A stretch of 64,000 nucleotides of DNA from Selaginella moellendorffii (taxonomy: Eukaryota > Plantae > Lycopodiophyta). This document shows positions 47,101-57,900 of this stretch, one piece after another. The DNA lies in the NCBI RefSeq assembly GCF_000143415.4, contig NW_003314297.1, positions 1,155,430 through 1,219,429 on the forward strand. Reading direction: 5' to 3'. The translations under genes were made by a program, and so were the position numbers. Positions within the stretch are counted from its first letter, which is position 1. Each line of letters begins with the position of its first letter. The notes under the pieces were generated by a model that was not told the DNA's origin, did not search any database, and worked only from the letters and a program-made list of their open reading frames with translations.

Positions 47101-47364
47101 GGTGCTTTAGCTATATGGCTAGAGCGATGTTCTTATGAGCCATACAAGGTATCCAAGTAGGTAGTGCCACCCACATTTGGATTAGAAACATCAACCATCC
47201 AATCTCTCAAGGGAATTAAAGTTGACTCTAAAACACTTCACCAAGTTACACTACTTGTCCATAATCACTTTGTCCATAATCACTTTAGTCTTGAACTCCT
47301 TAATAATTATATCATCACCCCCCACGTGGGTGCAGCCTTCCTTGATCATATTAGCCTTTCTTGG

Positions 47365-49410
47365 CTAAATTGGTTCCATTAGAGTCCTCCCTCTTACTAT
47401 CCCACAGGAACTCACTAAACCCCATAGGTTTGGGAGATGATTGCTTTGGGCTTTCACCCTTGAATTCAACTCGGATTTAGACTCAGATTTGGACTTAGAC
47501 TCGGACTCAGTTTTGGACTTAGTCTTGATCTCAGTCTTGGACTCTTTAGACTCCATCTTGGACTCCATCTCAGACACCATCTCAGACTCCATATTAGTTT
47601 CGGAGTTGGACCTGGTCTCAAACTCCATCGTAACCTCCATCTTAGACTCTTTTTCGGACTCCATCTTAGACTTGGTTTTGACACTTCCATGTGTCACAAC
47701 ACTGATCCCTCTTGTATCCTTATCTAGAGATTTACTTATTAATCACTTTATGCTCGTTCCTCGAGCACTTTGTTGGGAGTTCCACTCCTACCTATCAACT
47801 TTCCGAGTCAGAGCTTTTAGTTCAAATGTGTTATGCTTGTTGAACTTCCACTTTAGCCATTATCATATAGCACCCTTTAGCCCCACATTGGGGCTTAGGG
47901 ATTTATGTCTTACACCATCTTGATCATCACAAGATTTGGTATCTATGAATAAAGCCTACAAGATACATTAATAGATCACTTTTTGCATTGATTGCAAGAA
48001 AAACTTGAGGAAAGTAACTCATCTCTTCTTCCTCATAGTCCATATTAACTAATTTGTCAACCCCTTCAGCTTCACCACCACCATCTTCCCTCATAACATT
48101 GACACAAAACCTTGTCTTATGCTTATTAGGATATTTTGAGGATTTATATCCTACCTTTCCACAATAGAAATAATAACCCATACTATCTATTCCACTAGAA
48201 GCAAGTTTTATAGATTGTTATTACTTGTATCTACTAGGAGGAGAAACAAAGCATATAGGACTAAAAGAAGATGGTAGTGGTGGCCAACCACCACCTTTAT
48301 TAATTATCACTTATAAGTCTCTAAAGTGGAATTTCCCTTCCCTCTATTTCTATTCACCTTCTTTATTCCTAAAGTCCAAGGTAGTAGTATACGATTGCTA
48401 ATACTATTCTATGAGTGAGTGAGTGAAGACAACTTGTTATACTACCTCTTTACACTCTAAATATATCTTTAACTTAAACTTCAAAATCTCATGGCAAGAA
48501 AATAAACCCAAACCTTCTAAGAAATAACTTTAAGCATGTTTGTCACTCATATTTACAATCATGATGAATTTATGAGCAAATGCATTAATATAGTGCATAA
48601 GGTCTCTATGTTGTTTTAACCACGTAGCTCTACATGAAGTCTCAAACCAAGATCATCCAGCAAATATTCCTTATAGATATAAGACTACATCTTAGTCCAA
48701 CTTCTAGTTTACCTTTTTTTAACACACATTTAGCACCACCAAGTTTTGGCATGATTGGTGAAAAAGGACTACACACACTTTCATATGATCATCCATATTT
48801 GCTGCTATGAAATTTTTTTTTATATTATAAACTCAGTCTTCCAAAACTTGATAGTCCCATATACCTCTAAAATTGAGTGGTTTCAAGGGTTTGAACTTTA
48901 AAAATCATGCAATTGAGGGCAATTGTAAAACCTCATCATCCTCAGAACTTGAAAAAGATTTTAGTTGTTTAGGTTTAGCTAATTTAGGTGCCTTAGCTTC
49001 TTTCTTCTTCTTCGTGTTTTCTTTTTTCAATTTGTAAACTTTATTTTGCAAATTCTCGATCTCAATGTCTTGAGCTATATGTTGTGTTGTCGCAACCTTG
49101 AGCTCTTTCTTTTTTGACTCCACCTTATCCTCTTCCATAGCATTTCTAGTAGGAGTTTCCTCCTCTTGATTCGCTCGTTTAGAGGTTTTAGTGTCATCAA
49201 TATAGTTCCATTTTACCATCTCACCAGCTATATACATGCCTTTAATAATAAATGAACATATATACAATGTTTTTACCAAATGGTGCAATCTAATTAAATC
49301 TATAAAAGTTGCTTTAGATCTACAAGAAAAGTCTTTATGAATGCAATTAGAGTTAGAAACTTTGATAAAATTTGGATAGGAATCATTGAGATAATTCCTC
49401 TAATACCAAA
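47365..49410 (-). mobile_element. Degenerate Ty3/gypsy-type 5' internal region (PBS, gag, zinc knuckle)
   Basis: PBS-like TGGTATTAGAG (49408-49398, tRNA-iMet type). Broken gag motifs (HAKTWW, LKQHRDLMHYINAF, YFLEGL) and decayed knuckle YFYCGKVGYKSSKYP. Many TAG/TGA stops. Confidence 0.7.
47468..47680. repeat. 12-bp minisatellite (gactccatctca-type; E-S-K/E-M on the minus strand)
   Basis: Periodic ggactc/agactc units. These explain the spurious ORFs 47365-47697 and 47441-47923. Confidence 0.75.
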
Positions 49411-50189
49411 TATAGTCTATATGAATTTGAAGCTAAGCTCTAAGTTTATTACACTCTAAAACAAGGGTCTAGTACATACTTAATATCCCCTATAAGCACG
49501 AACTCCTTATATCCAGCTCTTGGATGCAAAACAGTGTCTAGCATAATTTTGGCAATTGGTGACTTAAAATGAGGAGGAAAGTACCCTATCGACTAAAGTA
49601 GAATAAAGGTTGAGCATAGACTTAATTTGGATGCAAAATAATGAGTAAACATTTTGAGTAAATCTAAACAATTATCATAAATAGTATATGGAACAGAAAC
49701 AGGTAAAGTGAACACAATAAGCTATCATATAGCAATATTAAAGGACTAAACTCATTAGGTGAGGGTATTTGTCATTAACCAATGCAAGATACAATAAAAC
49801 AGGAATTCCTTACTATTAAATATGCTTAGTTAATAGCATGTAGAAATTCCATCTTTATGTTCATCTAATCTAAGTACACTCAAGGTGTCCAATTAACTCC
49901 ACTAGTACAAGATGGGTCGATAAAAAGATTCAACTATACTAAACTTTTGCCATTATGGCAGTAAAGAAAAAATATCCATAAGGATTGGCTAACAAATACC
50001 TTTCAATACCCAAAATTACATTCGTAACACTTGTTTATTTCAAGAGCAACATTACACTAATGGCATGTAAGGAAAAAAAAACTAGTTAATATGAAAATGA
50101 GAGAACTTACTTCTATTTATATTCCATTGGTTGGAAAAGGTTTGTTGGTACATGAGAGGGCCTAAAATTATCTATTGATTGAAATACAC

Positions 50190-51200
50190 AAACCTCATGA
50201 TGATTCTAATGTAGCTACCCAATCTGAAAGATCCATCAAATATGATGTGAACACATTGTAGACTTTGCTTATGTTATGCAAATTACCATCATCCTCCATT
50301 GCTTCAAAAATGTACTTATAATACCAGATAGCACATTCAAAAACTTCCCACTATAGATGCTCTATACATTGCTAAATGAGTGCAAAAAAAAATTAGATTT
50401 CATTTTGAAAACAACATTTCTCACCTAGTTTCAAGTAGAGATGCCACAAATGAATGGTCAGGCTACAACACCCCAAACCTGAATCACATTAGCCTCAACA
50501 GCATTGTGTTCATTAGCATGATCACTACAAATGCATTTTGGTCACCCAAAGTGCTTCATTGCTTTTATGTAAGTGTTAAAAATTGTATGGGCTTCTTTTA
50601 TCGTCACTAGCTTAAATACAACTATATAGTGTGTGGCATTATAGATAATGTCTGCACATAAAATCCATAGGATACAAACTTGCAATATGCTACAACAAAA
50701 AAAGCTTATACACATATGCTAAAAACAAAAGCAAAGAGTATAAGGCTTGGTAATATTGTCAACTTGTCATTGTATCCTGGAAAGCTGTTTGTTGAAGAGT
50801 GTAGCATTGTTCTGTATTGCACGAGCATCTCATATTTGCCATCAGCTGAAACAATACCCAGCTACTTAACAGAATTTAACAATACTCTAAGTTGTTCCAG
50901 ACTTATGCATTAGAATGTTAATTCAAATATGTTGAAGTACCTCACTAGAGGGAATTCTACAATATGCACCTCTCCATGTTGCATTAGCAAGACACATACT
51001 TGTGCGAAGCCGCCCATTCGTGCTGCTTCTTCTAGTTGCCGCTCCGAGAGCATGGGAGACTTGTATACTTTTACAATGTTAGTTGGGAAATTCCAAGTTC
51101 ATTGGAAATGGAGTATAGTGTCTTGGTCTTTAGAGTCTTAAGCTAGACCCAAAGGGCAAAAATACTTGGGCAACTGAAATCTACTTGTGCTAAAAATGCC
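50190..51200 (-). pseudogene. Spliced pseudogene of unknown family
   Basis: Exon-like pieces flanked by AG/GT: PTNIVKVYKSPMLSERQLEEAARMGGFAQVCVLL; LEQLRVLLNSVK*LGIVSADGKYEML; HL*WEVFECAIWYYKYIFE. The CAG>TAG-type stops suggest methylation decay. Confidence 0.4.
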
Positions 51201-51329
51201 ATGAACTGGAAAAACATACAAAGGAAAAAAATTATTCCAGCATTTGGATGACTATAAATTATGTATTATTGCATTAGGCTCATAATCAGAGTCTGAATAT
51301 AAGTTGGAGTCTAAGTCTGATTCACTTTT

Positions 51330-51735
51330 TCCTATTCATTTCTATCTTCTACACCTACAAGAATTTGCCAAGAAATGTATGCATAAAAAATAAGACTAAG
51401 GAATAGCTTACATATGTATCTTCTGTGTGTTTTGAGAAGTCCCTCTGATGATGTTGGGAACACGATAAAGGGACCAAAGGGATTAAGGTTGTCTTTGGTT
51501 GTCTTGCCTAGTCACTAGGCTGTCTTCCAGGTCCCTGGTCCCTAGTTGCTTCCTCCTATTCATTTTTATCTTTTACACCTACAAGAATTTGCTAAGAAAT
51601 GTACGCATAAAAAACAAGACTAAAGAATAGTTTACATATCATGTTTTAAGAAGTCCCTTTGATGGTGTTGGGATTAAACACAATAAAGGAACCAAGAGAT
51701 AAAGGTTGTCTTTGGTTGTCTTGCCTTGCCACCAG
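51330..51735. repeat. Two-copy ~185-bp direct duplication
   Basis: cctattcattt.tatctt.tacacctacaagaatttgc...aaggttgtctttggttgtcttgcct at about 51330-51510 and 51555-51727. Confidence 0.8.
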
Positions 51736-52442
51736 ATTGTCATCATTGCAACCAAGTTGTCACCAGATTAGGTTGTCCTTTATTATAAATTGCCTTACAA
51801 ATTACATGCCATACCCTAGTCCTCTAGAGTGTGGGAGTGCTAGTGTGGAATTCTAAAGTGAGGAGTGAGTGAGGATTATAGAGATTCTCTTCTACAATTC
51901 TTTAAAATGTTTTTAAAGGATTGCCTAGCATAGGCAAATTACTGGTCTACAAGAAAATAATTATTAGCTTAGATAGTTTGTAGTCATTCATTTATATTAT
52001 ATCTAGCTAGTATGATATTTACATAATAGTTGCTCTAGTCCTAATTATATAGCATCCAAAATATTTTTACAGTATTGTTACTCTTATTAATTTTTCTGTA
52101 CTTCTATTCTGATACATCTTAGACATAATTGCTACATATATTCCACCAATTGCACCTCGATCTGGTGCCCGCTGTCAAGCATGGCGAAAGGGATCGATCG
52201 AATCAAATGCGTGCTTTGCATAGGATGTTACACGTGTCACTTGTATCACTTTGCTTGACATGTTCCTTCCACTGTACCAGCACTGAAAGTCACGAGAAAC
52301 ATATGAGAAAAATGAAAGGATGAATCTATTTGATGATGATTTCCCAAGATCACAATTTTGTCCAACTTTGAGACATCTCATGGAATGAGCACAATTCCCC
52401 AGGCTATCTATCGTTTACCATTGAAGAGGACTAGTGAGAAAG

Positions 52443-53249
52443 TCAGGTGCATGATAAAGCCCTAAACTGATGTGTAAATTCGGTTTCCAAGAATCTCCCA
52501 ATGTCAATAAAGGCATCATCCAACTTTTGACCCCAAAAGTTGTCTTGCACATCTCCCCTAACTTGTGGCGCACTTAAAACCTCTTGAGGTTGCCCACAGA
52601 AGTTGTTTTGCACATCTCCACCAACTTGTGCCGCACAATCACCACCAAACTCTAGAGGTTGCACCCAGAAGTCGTTGTTTTGCACATCCCTGCAAACTTG
52701 TGTAGCAAAATCACCACCAAGCCCTGGAAGTTGCCCCCAGAAGTTATTTTGCAAATCTCCGCCAACTTGTGCTGCACAAACACCACCCCAGAAGTTGTTT
52801 TGCATACCTCCGCGGAACTCTTGATCCGGTTGCCACGGAGTTTGAGATGATTCCCCAGCGAATTCGCCCACAAAACCCTGCCCGGCTCTCGTCTCGTTCA
52901 TACTGGCTCCTCCATCGCTGCTGCTGCTCGATGTTTTGGCTTTCCGTTTGCTGGGCGATGTGGGCGATATTACCCTTATCTTGCCACTCTGCGTCCACTT
53001 TTTCTTGCACGGCCGTGCCCTACAAGCGAAACGCGGCTGGTCGCGCTTGTCGTTGTTGTAGTAATCAAATCGCGTGTCGTAAGCTTGGCAGTGTGGGCAC
53101 TGGTACAAGTTGTCCGGAAGGTCGTGAGGCTCCCACATGTTGTACAGCTTTTGCTCCCTCACTTGCTGGGCCGTGAGCTTGCAAGCCCTCTCATTTCTTA
53201 CGCACCACTTCTTCACCGCACCCTTACCTGAGCCCCTTTTCTTCGCCAT
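52443..53249 (-). CDS. Divergent Dof-like zinc-finger protein with C-terminal tandem repeats
   Basis: CPHCQAYDTRFDYYNNDKRDQPRFACRARPCKKKWTQSGKIRV aligns to the Dof consensus. Intronless 268-aa ORF. TATAAATA at 53290-53283. Confidence 0.85.
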   Translation of the reverse strand: MAKKRGSGKGAVKKWCVRNERACKLTAQQVREQKLYNMWEPHDLPDNLYQCPHCQAYDTRFDYYNNDKRDQPRFACRARPCKKKWTQSGKIRVISPTSPSKRKAKTSSSSSDGGASMNETRAGQGFVGEFAGESSQTPWQPDQEFRGGMQNNFWGGVCAAQVGGDLQNNFWGQLPGLGGDFATQVCRDVQNNDFWVQPLEFGGDCAAQVGGDVQNNFCGQPQEVLSAPQVRGDVQDNFWGQKLDDAFIDIGRFLETEFTHQFRALSCT

Positions 53250-54150
53250 ATGTCACTCGTTTAACCCTAAAGGGATGGAGCTTATTTATAGTTTGTAACC
53301 TTTTAGATAATGGTCAACACTTGTGCTAAAGTAAATGTTAATGATAAATAGACCTTTTAGATGCACTAAACTGATGGTTAACACTAAAAAATCTCGGATA
53401 CACGGTCATATTAAAAGCTATTTGTGTCGCTGGAAAAATGTTGAAGCTCTCTTTTGGGTGAGGTGTATCAATCAATCAACTCATTTGCATCAACCTACAA
53501 GTTGTGCAGAACCTGACCACTCAAAGCATGGGAGGATCACCACTCCTTTCTTTCTCAAATATTACCTCTTTCTATACAGGACAATCTTCTGTGAGCGTCA
53601 AAAAGAAACAAAACAAAACTCCTTTTGTTTCAATTTTTTTATCTTTTAAAATCTCCACACTTTTCACTATCAACTCCCAAGCCCAGATGAACCTCCAAAA
53701 GTCACAGGCCGAGAAGAATTCTCTGGATCTATTTTGTAGTGCTGCGAAAAAGCTTTGGCTTCCCTGTGAACAATTCAGTGAACCCAGCCTGTTACACTTC
53801 GCGTACAAGCAAGCGTCACAGCGAAAGACGAGCTAAAAAAGAGAGGGAAAAAAAAAAAGAAAAACAAAGAGAAACACAGAGTGTGGCGGTAAGATATTTG
53901 TGGTGGCCAAAGCGGGTCTAGCTAGGAAGCGATAGGCCTTTCGTCCTTGGCGAGACAATGAAATACTCAAACATCCACGCAGTTAAGTAGAACGGCCAAG
54001 CCAAGACAAGGCAAGAGTTTCGACAAACCTTATGTGTTGTGTGAGAGGGACAAGAGCTTCCTTCTCCAGCGTTGTACATATAACGCATTCCTTACTTCTC
54101 CTCCGCTACGTTTCAAGAGCCCTTTTGTTGTTTTGTTCGCTTGCTCGTCA

Positions 54151-54630
54151 TCATCCACCAGTGTTTGGCTTTGCAATCGCAAGCAGCTTCCTCGTCTCCT
54201 CCATCAGAGCTCGGCAGTGCTTGCCGGTCTCTTGGTGCTTCTCGTACGCCGTGAAGAAGCTCTCATTCTCTTTCTTGAGCTCGTTCCACACTGCAGGGAT
54301 CACAGAAAACTTTCTTTAAGTCGAGCGATACGACTACTGGAAACGAATTTAATTGAGCAACTACTAGTAAAAGACGAAATTTCTTTGCTTGCCTGTGAGT
54401 GTGACAACGGGCTTCACGTTGGAGTGCGTGGACAACGCGGCTACGCATTCGTCGCAGTTCATGTTGAGCAATAGACACTGCTCTATCAAACTTTGCACCT
54501 ACAGGAAGGAAGAGCCGAGGCAAATTACACGCATGGGGAGTCGCGGAATTCTTACTTGAAGAATGTACTCGGCTGACACTGGCTGTGAATCCGATGCAGC
54601 AGCACGCTCCTCCCTCCGCTCCGAGCTCAT
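54151..54630 (-). CDS. A_thal_3526 / TIGR01589 family plant protein (3 exons)
   Basis: MSSERR...SAEYILQ|VQSLIEQCLLLNMNCDECVAALSTHSNVKPVVTLT|VWNELKKENESFFTAYE. The second intron is GC-AG. The C-terminus is uncertain. Confidence 0.8.
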
Positions 54631-54906
54631 CTCGAACGATGAACTTGCAGCTAAAATTTATGGATCACACAAATACCATTTCCTGCATGTTTAAAAAAAA
54701 TCGCTAGCACATTTCTTCAGGCGACTAGAGAGGAGAAAAGAAACAAACGGAACCTCTTTCGACTGCCTCGTGTGGGTTACGGAAGACACCAAAGGAATAT
54801 ACCTCGTGTCAGCTGGAAAATCTCCAACGAATGCAGCTACAACCCTGTCAAGATCAAAGATTCTTACTTCCGATCGAAAAGCAAAACTTAACACCCAAAC
54901 CTTGCA

Positions 54907-57900
54907 TCACTTTCTCATGGCGGTGAAAAGTGGATTATTCGGCGGTTGTGCAGCACCCGGGAGAAATCCACCAGGCGGTTGTACAGAGCCAAATCCAAAG
55001 CCACCAAAGCTTCCGCCGTGGCCAAGCGCTTGAAATCCACCACCTGTCACGCCCATTTAGTTGATTGCTTCCAAGAAAACAAACAATAAAAACTTTTACC
55101 TGTTGCTGCACCGGAGTGCACCACCACCTGGTCAGCTGTTCAGGCCGGCTGCATTTTCCTTGAGCTCTCCGGGAACAGGTTTTACGACCGCGCCAGAAGG
55201 TGGTGCGTTCTCCAAGCCCGCCGCGCCTGCTAGTGGATTTGGTCAGGCTCCTTCGAGCGGCTTCGGACAGCCTGCTGGGAGCGCGCTGGGTAGTGCACTG
55301 GGTGCATTCGGACAGACGAGACAAGTTGGATTTGGTGGTCCAGTGTCAGGTGCAGCTGGTTTCGCAAATGCTTCGCCGGGCGGTGGTTTTGCTCCTGCGG
55401 CAACCGGCAGTGGTTTTGCCAGTGCTACGTCGGCTGCTGGTTTTGCGGCCGCGGCATCAGGTGGTGGCTTTGCAGTTCTCCGAACGAGGTGGCCTGCGGG
55501 CTCTGCGTTACGCCAAAAGGATTCGCCGCTGGCGCAGAAGGCAAGGCCGAGCCCAGGCCGAGATTCCCAAAGCCCGAGAATGCAGTCGAGGGGGCCTCCT
55601 CGTCCACGTCATCTTCCTCTTCCTCTGGTGGCGGCCGCACGGCTTGAGTAGTCTGCTGCTGCTGCTGAGATTGAAGCAAAGCTGGAAAAGGCGAAGGAAC
55701 CAGCTGGCTAGTAGATTCTACCGGCGAGCTGCTGTAACCGCTGGAAGGAACTTTTGTTGTCAGTGTGGACGTAGCAGCTGAGGACGATGCAAACAATAAT
55801 GCAGTAGCGGGAGACGCTGATGGCGGGAAGCTGAAAGCTGCTGGCTTCACTTCTGATGTAGTACGTGGAGCTGCAGGTAGAAGAGCAGCCGAGGTCGACG
55901 AGCTTACAAGCGACTGGGAGGAACCGCTGGAGACGCTACATGTCGCTGCTATATGTGACTCGGCTCCAACTGCTGGAATAATGATGGAGACTAATCTTGT
56001 AGAAACACTGCACGTGGGAGTTGAGGTGATAGGTGTAGCTTTCAGATCTGAAGATAAAAGATGTGGTGACTGGTGTACCCTTCAGCTCCGAAGATGTGGA
56101 AGTTGCTGGTGTAGCCTGCACTGTGGAAGCTGTAGTTTCCACGTCCGAAGGTCTGGAAGACGCAACAGCCGGTGCAGCCTTCAACGTCGACGATGAAGTG
56201 AACGGTGTAGCCTTCAACTCCAACGATGGTAGCCACGTTGATGATGAGTGGTGATGCTTGACGTGACTGTGGCCGGGGCGGTAACGAAACGAATACCATT
56301 GCCAGAAGCTCTTGAGATGTCAGGAACCTTGAGTGCTGAAGCATTAGAGGAAGGCGGCTGCGATCTTAAACCCCAGTCACCAAGAGGAGGCGGAGAATTC
56401 TGTGAAACTATATCCGTCCTAGAAGAAAACGAAGGCCTCGTCGTACCCAAAGATGTCGCTGCAGGTGCTAATACGAGAGTCGTCACTTCTGTAACACTTG
56501 GCTGCTTCAAAGTTGACTGCGGCTGGAAACTACTGGAGGTTGATTCAAGCAGTTTAGCCTTCCGGTTATTGACCACATGTGTGTGCCCAACCATTTGATC
56601 GTGGTTTTCGTTGCTCCAATACCCTGTGAAGTGAACGGACCAAAAGCATAGAAAACGCAAGAAACGCAACAATACTTACGCTATCTAAGGAATCTCTTCG
56701 CCTTCTCGTGCTTTCCACCGGCGCGAAGTCATCACACAAGATAGACTTGGATGGCGTAGAGAAAACACTCTCGGCTTTAGTCTGCGGTGGCTTGGTCTGC
56801 AATAAATACGATTGCATTTTCCGGGGCCTTAGGGAAGTAACACTTGACGATATATCGATTCCATCAAGTCCGCGAGATGTACAGATAGCTTATCAGCTGC
56901 TTCCATCTGAGAGTTGACTGTGCTGTAAAGACTTTGAATAGATTGGAAGTCTCTGTGCCACATACAAAAAATTAGATCAAAATTACTTGCAAAAACCATT
57001 TATACCCAGCAGTAGACCGTTGTTTCGAAGACATATTTTGACGTCGACTTATTTCAAGTGTATGAAGATGAGACTCGAGATCAGAAATTTGTCTTTTCAA
57101 TCTCTACATATACCAAGTCAGATGCATAGGGACGAGTAGTATAAACCTCATCTGCATTGATAACATGCTTTCGCTTGATGTCCATTTCCGGGTGAAGCTT
57201 GCGGTGAACCCAGAGGTCCTGGTACCGCCTAATTATCCATGCGTCAACTAAATTTCCAGCTCAAACTGTTAGTCGTAATAAAGGACAGTAATACCATCAA
57301 GGCTTTGATCCCGAAGCTCCTCAACAAACTGACAGTTCTCTTGCAGTTTTGCTGGATTTTAAAGAATGTAACCATCACACCGAACATTTCCTGGAAGATT
57401 ACCTTAAAACTACGGCATCGCGCTGAAACGGCTACAATTTCGTTTTCCAGCTTGTCCACCCCAGACCTTGTTAAACCGGATCCAAGAGAATCTTTCTCGA
57501 TAATATGCATAAATCCATCAATATCATCAACGATTTTCTTCACCTGCAGAAACAAACTTTGAAGTATAAAAGCCAAAAGTTCAAGTACCTTGTCCGTTTC
57601 TGCCAGAAAGCCTGCTTCCATTTCAGAAACTCCTTGTGATCGTGAAGAACGTTTCTCAACCTCGTCTTCCCTTTTAAACGAAAATGGCTGTCTCTCTACA
57701 GGAATTTGTGATGCTCCGTCTTGAGGTAAAGGCGGCTTTTTCTCCTTTTGATTAAAATCCACCTGAGCTTTATGCAACTGCTCGTTCACAGTTTTTGATG
57801 CAGAAAACACCCTTGGCTGAATGCCATTCATGGTGGTAACCTTGGGCTCCACACGTACAGGAACTGGCGTTACAGTCTTTTTTTCGGCATCCACCTAAAA

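Noticed and set aside
47365-47923. ESKM / LDSD repeat ORFs as real proteins
   Set aside because: They are products of a stop-free 12-bp minisatellite inside TE debris.
52172-52262. Possible miRNA hairpin (tgtcaagca...tgcttgaca)
   Set aside because: Only 9 contiguous pairs, with no ~21-nt duplex.
55061-55651. Plus-strand FG-rich ORF as an independent nucleoporin gene
   Set aside because: Only 55113-55480 is FG-like and it fits in frame into NUP214 when inverted. The rest is intron or antisense sequence.
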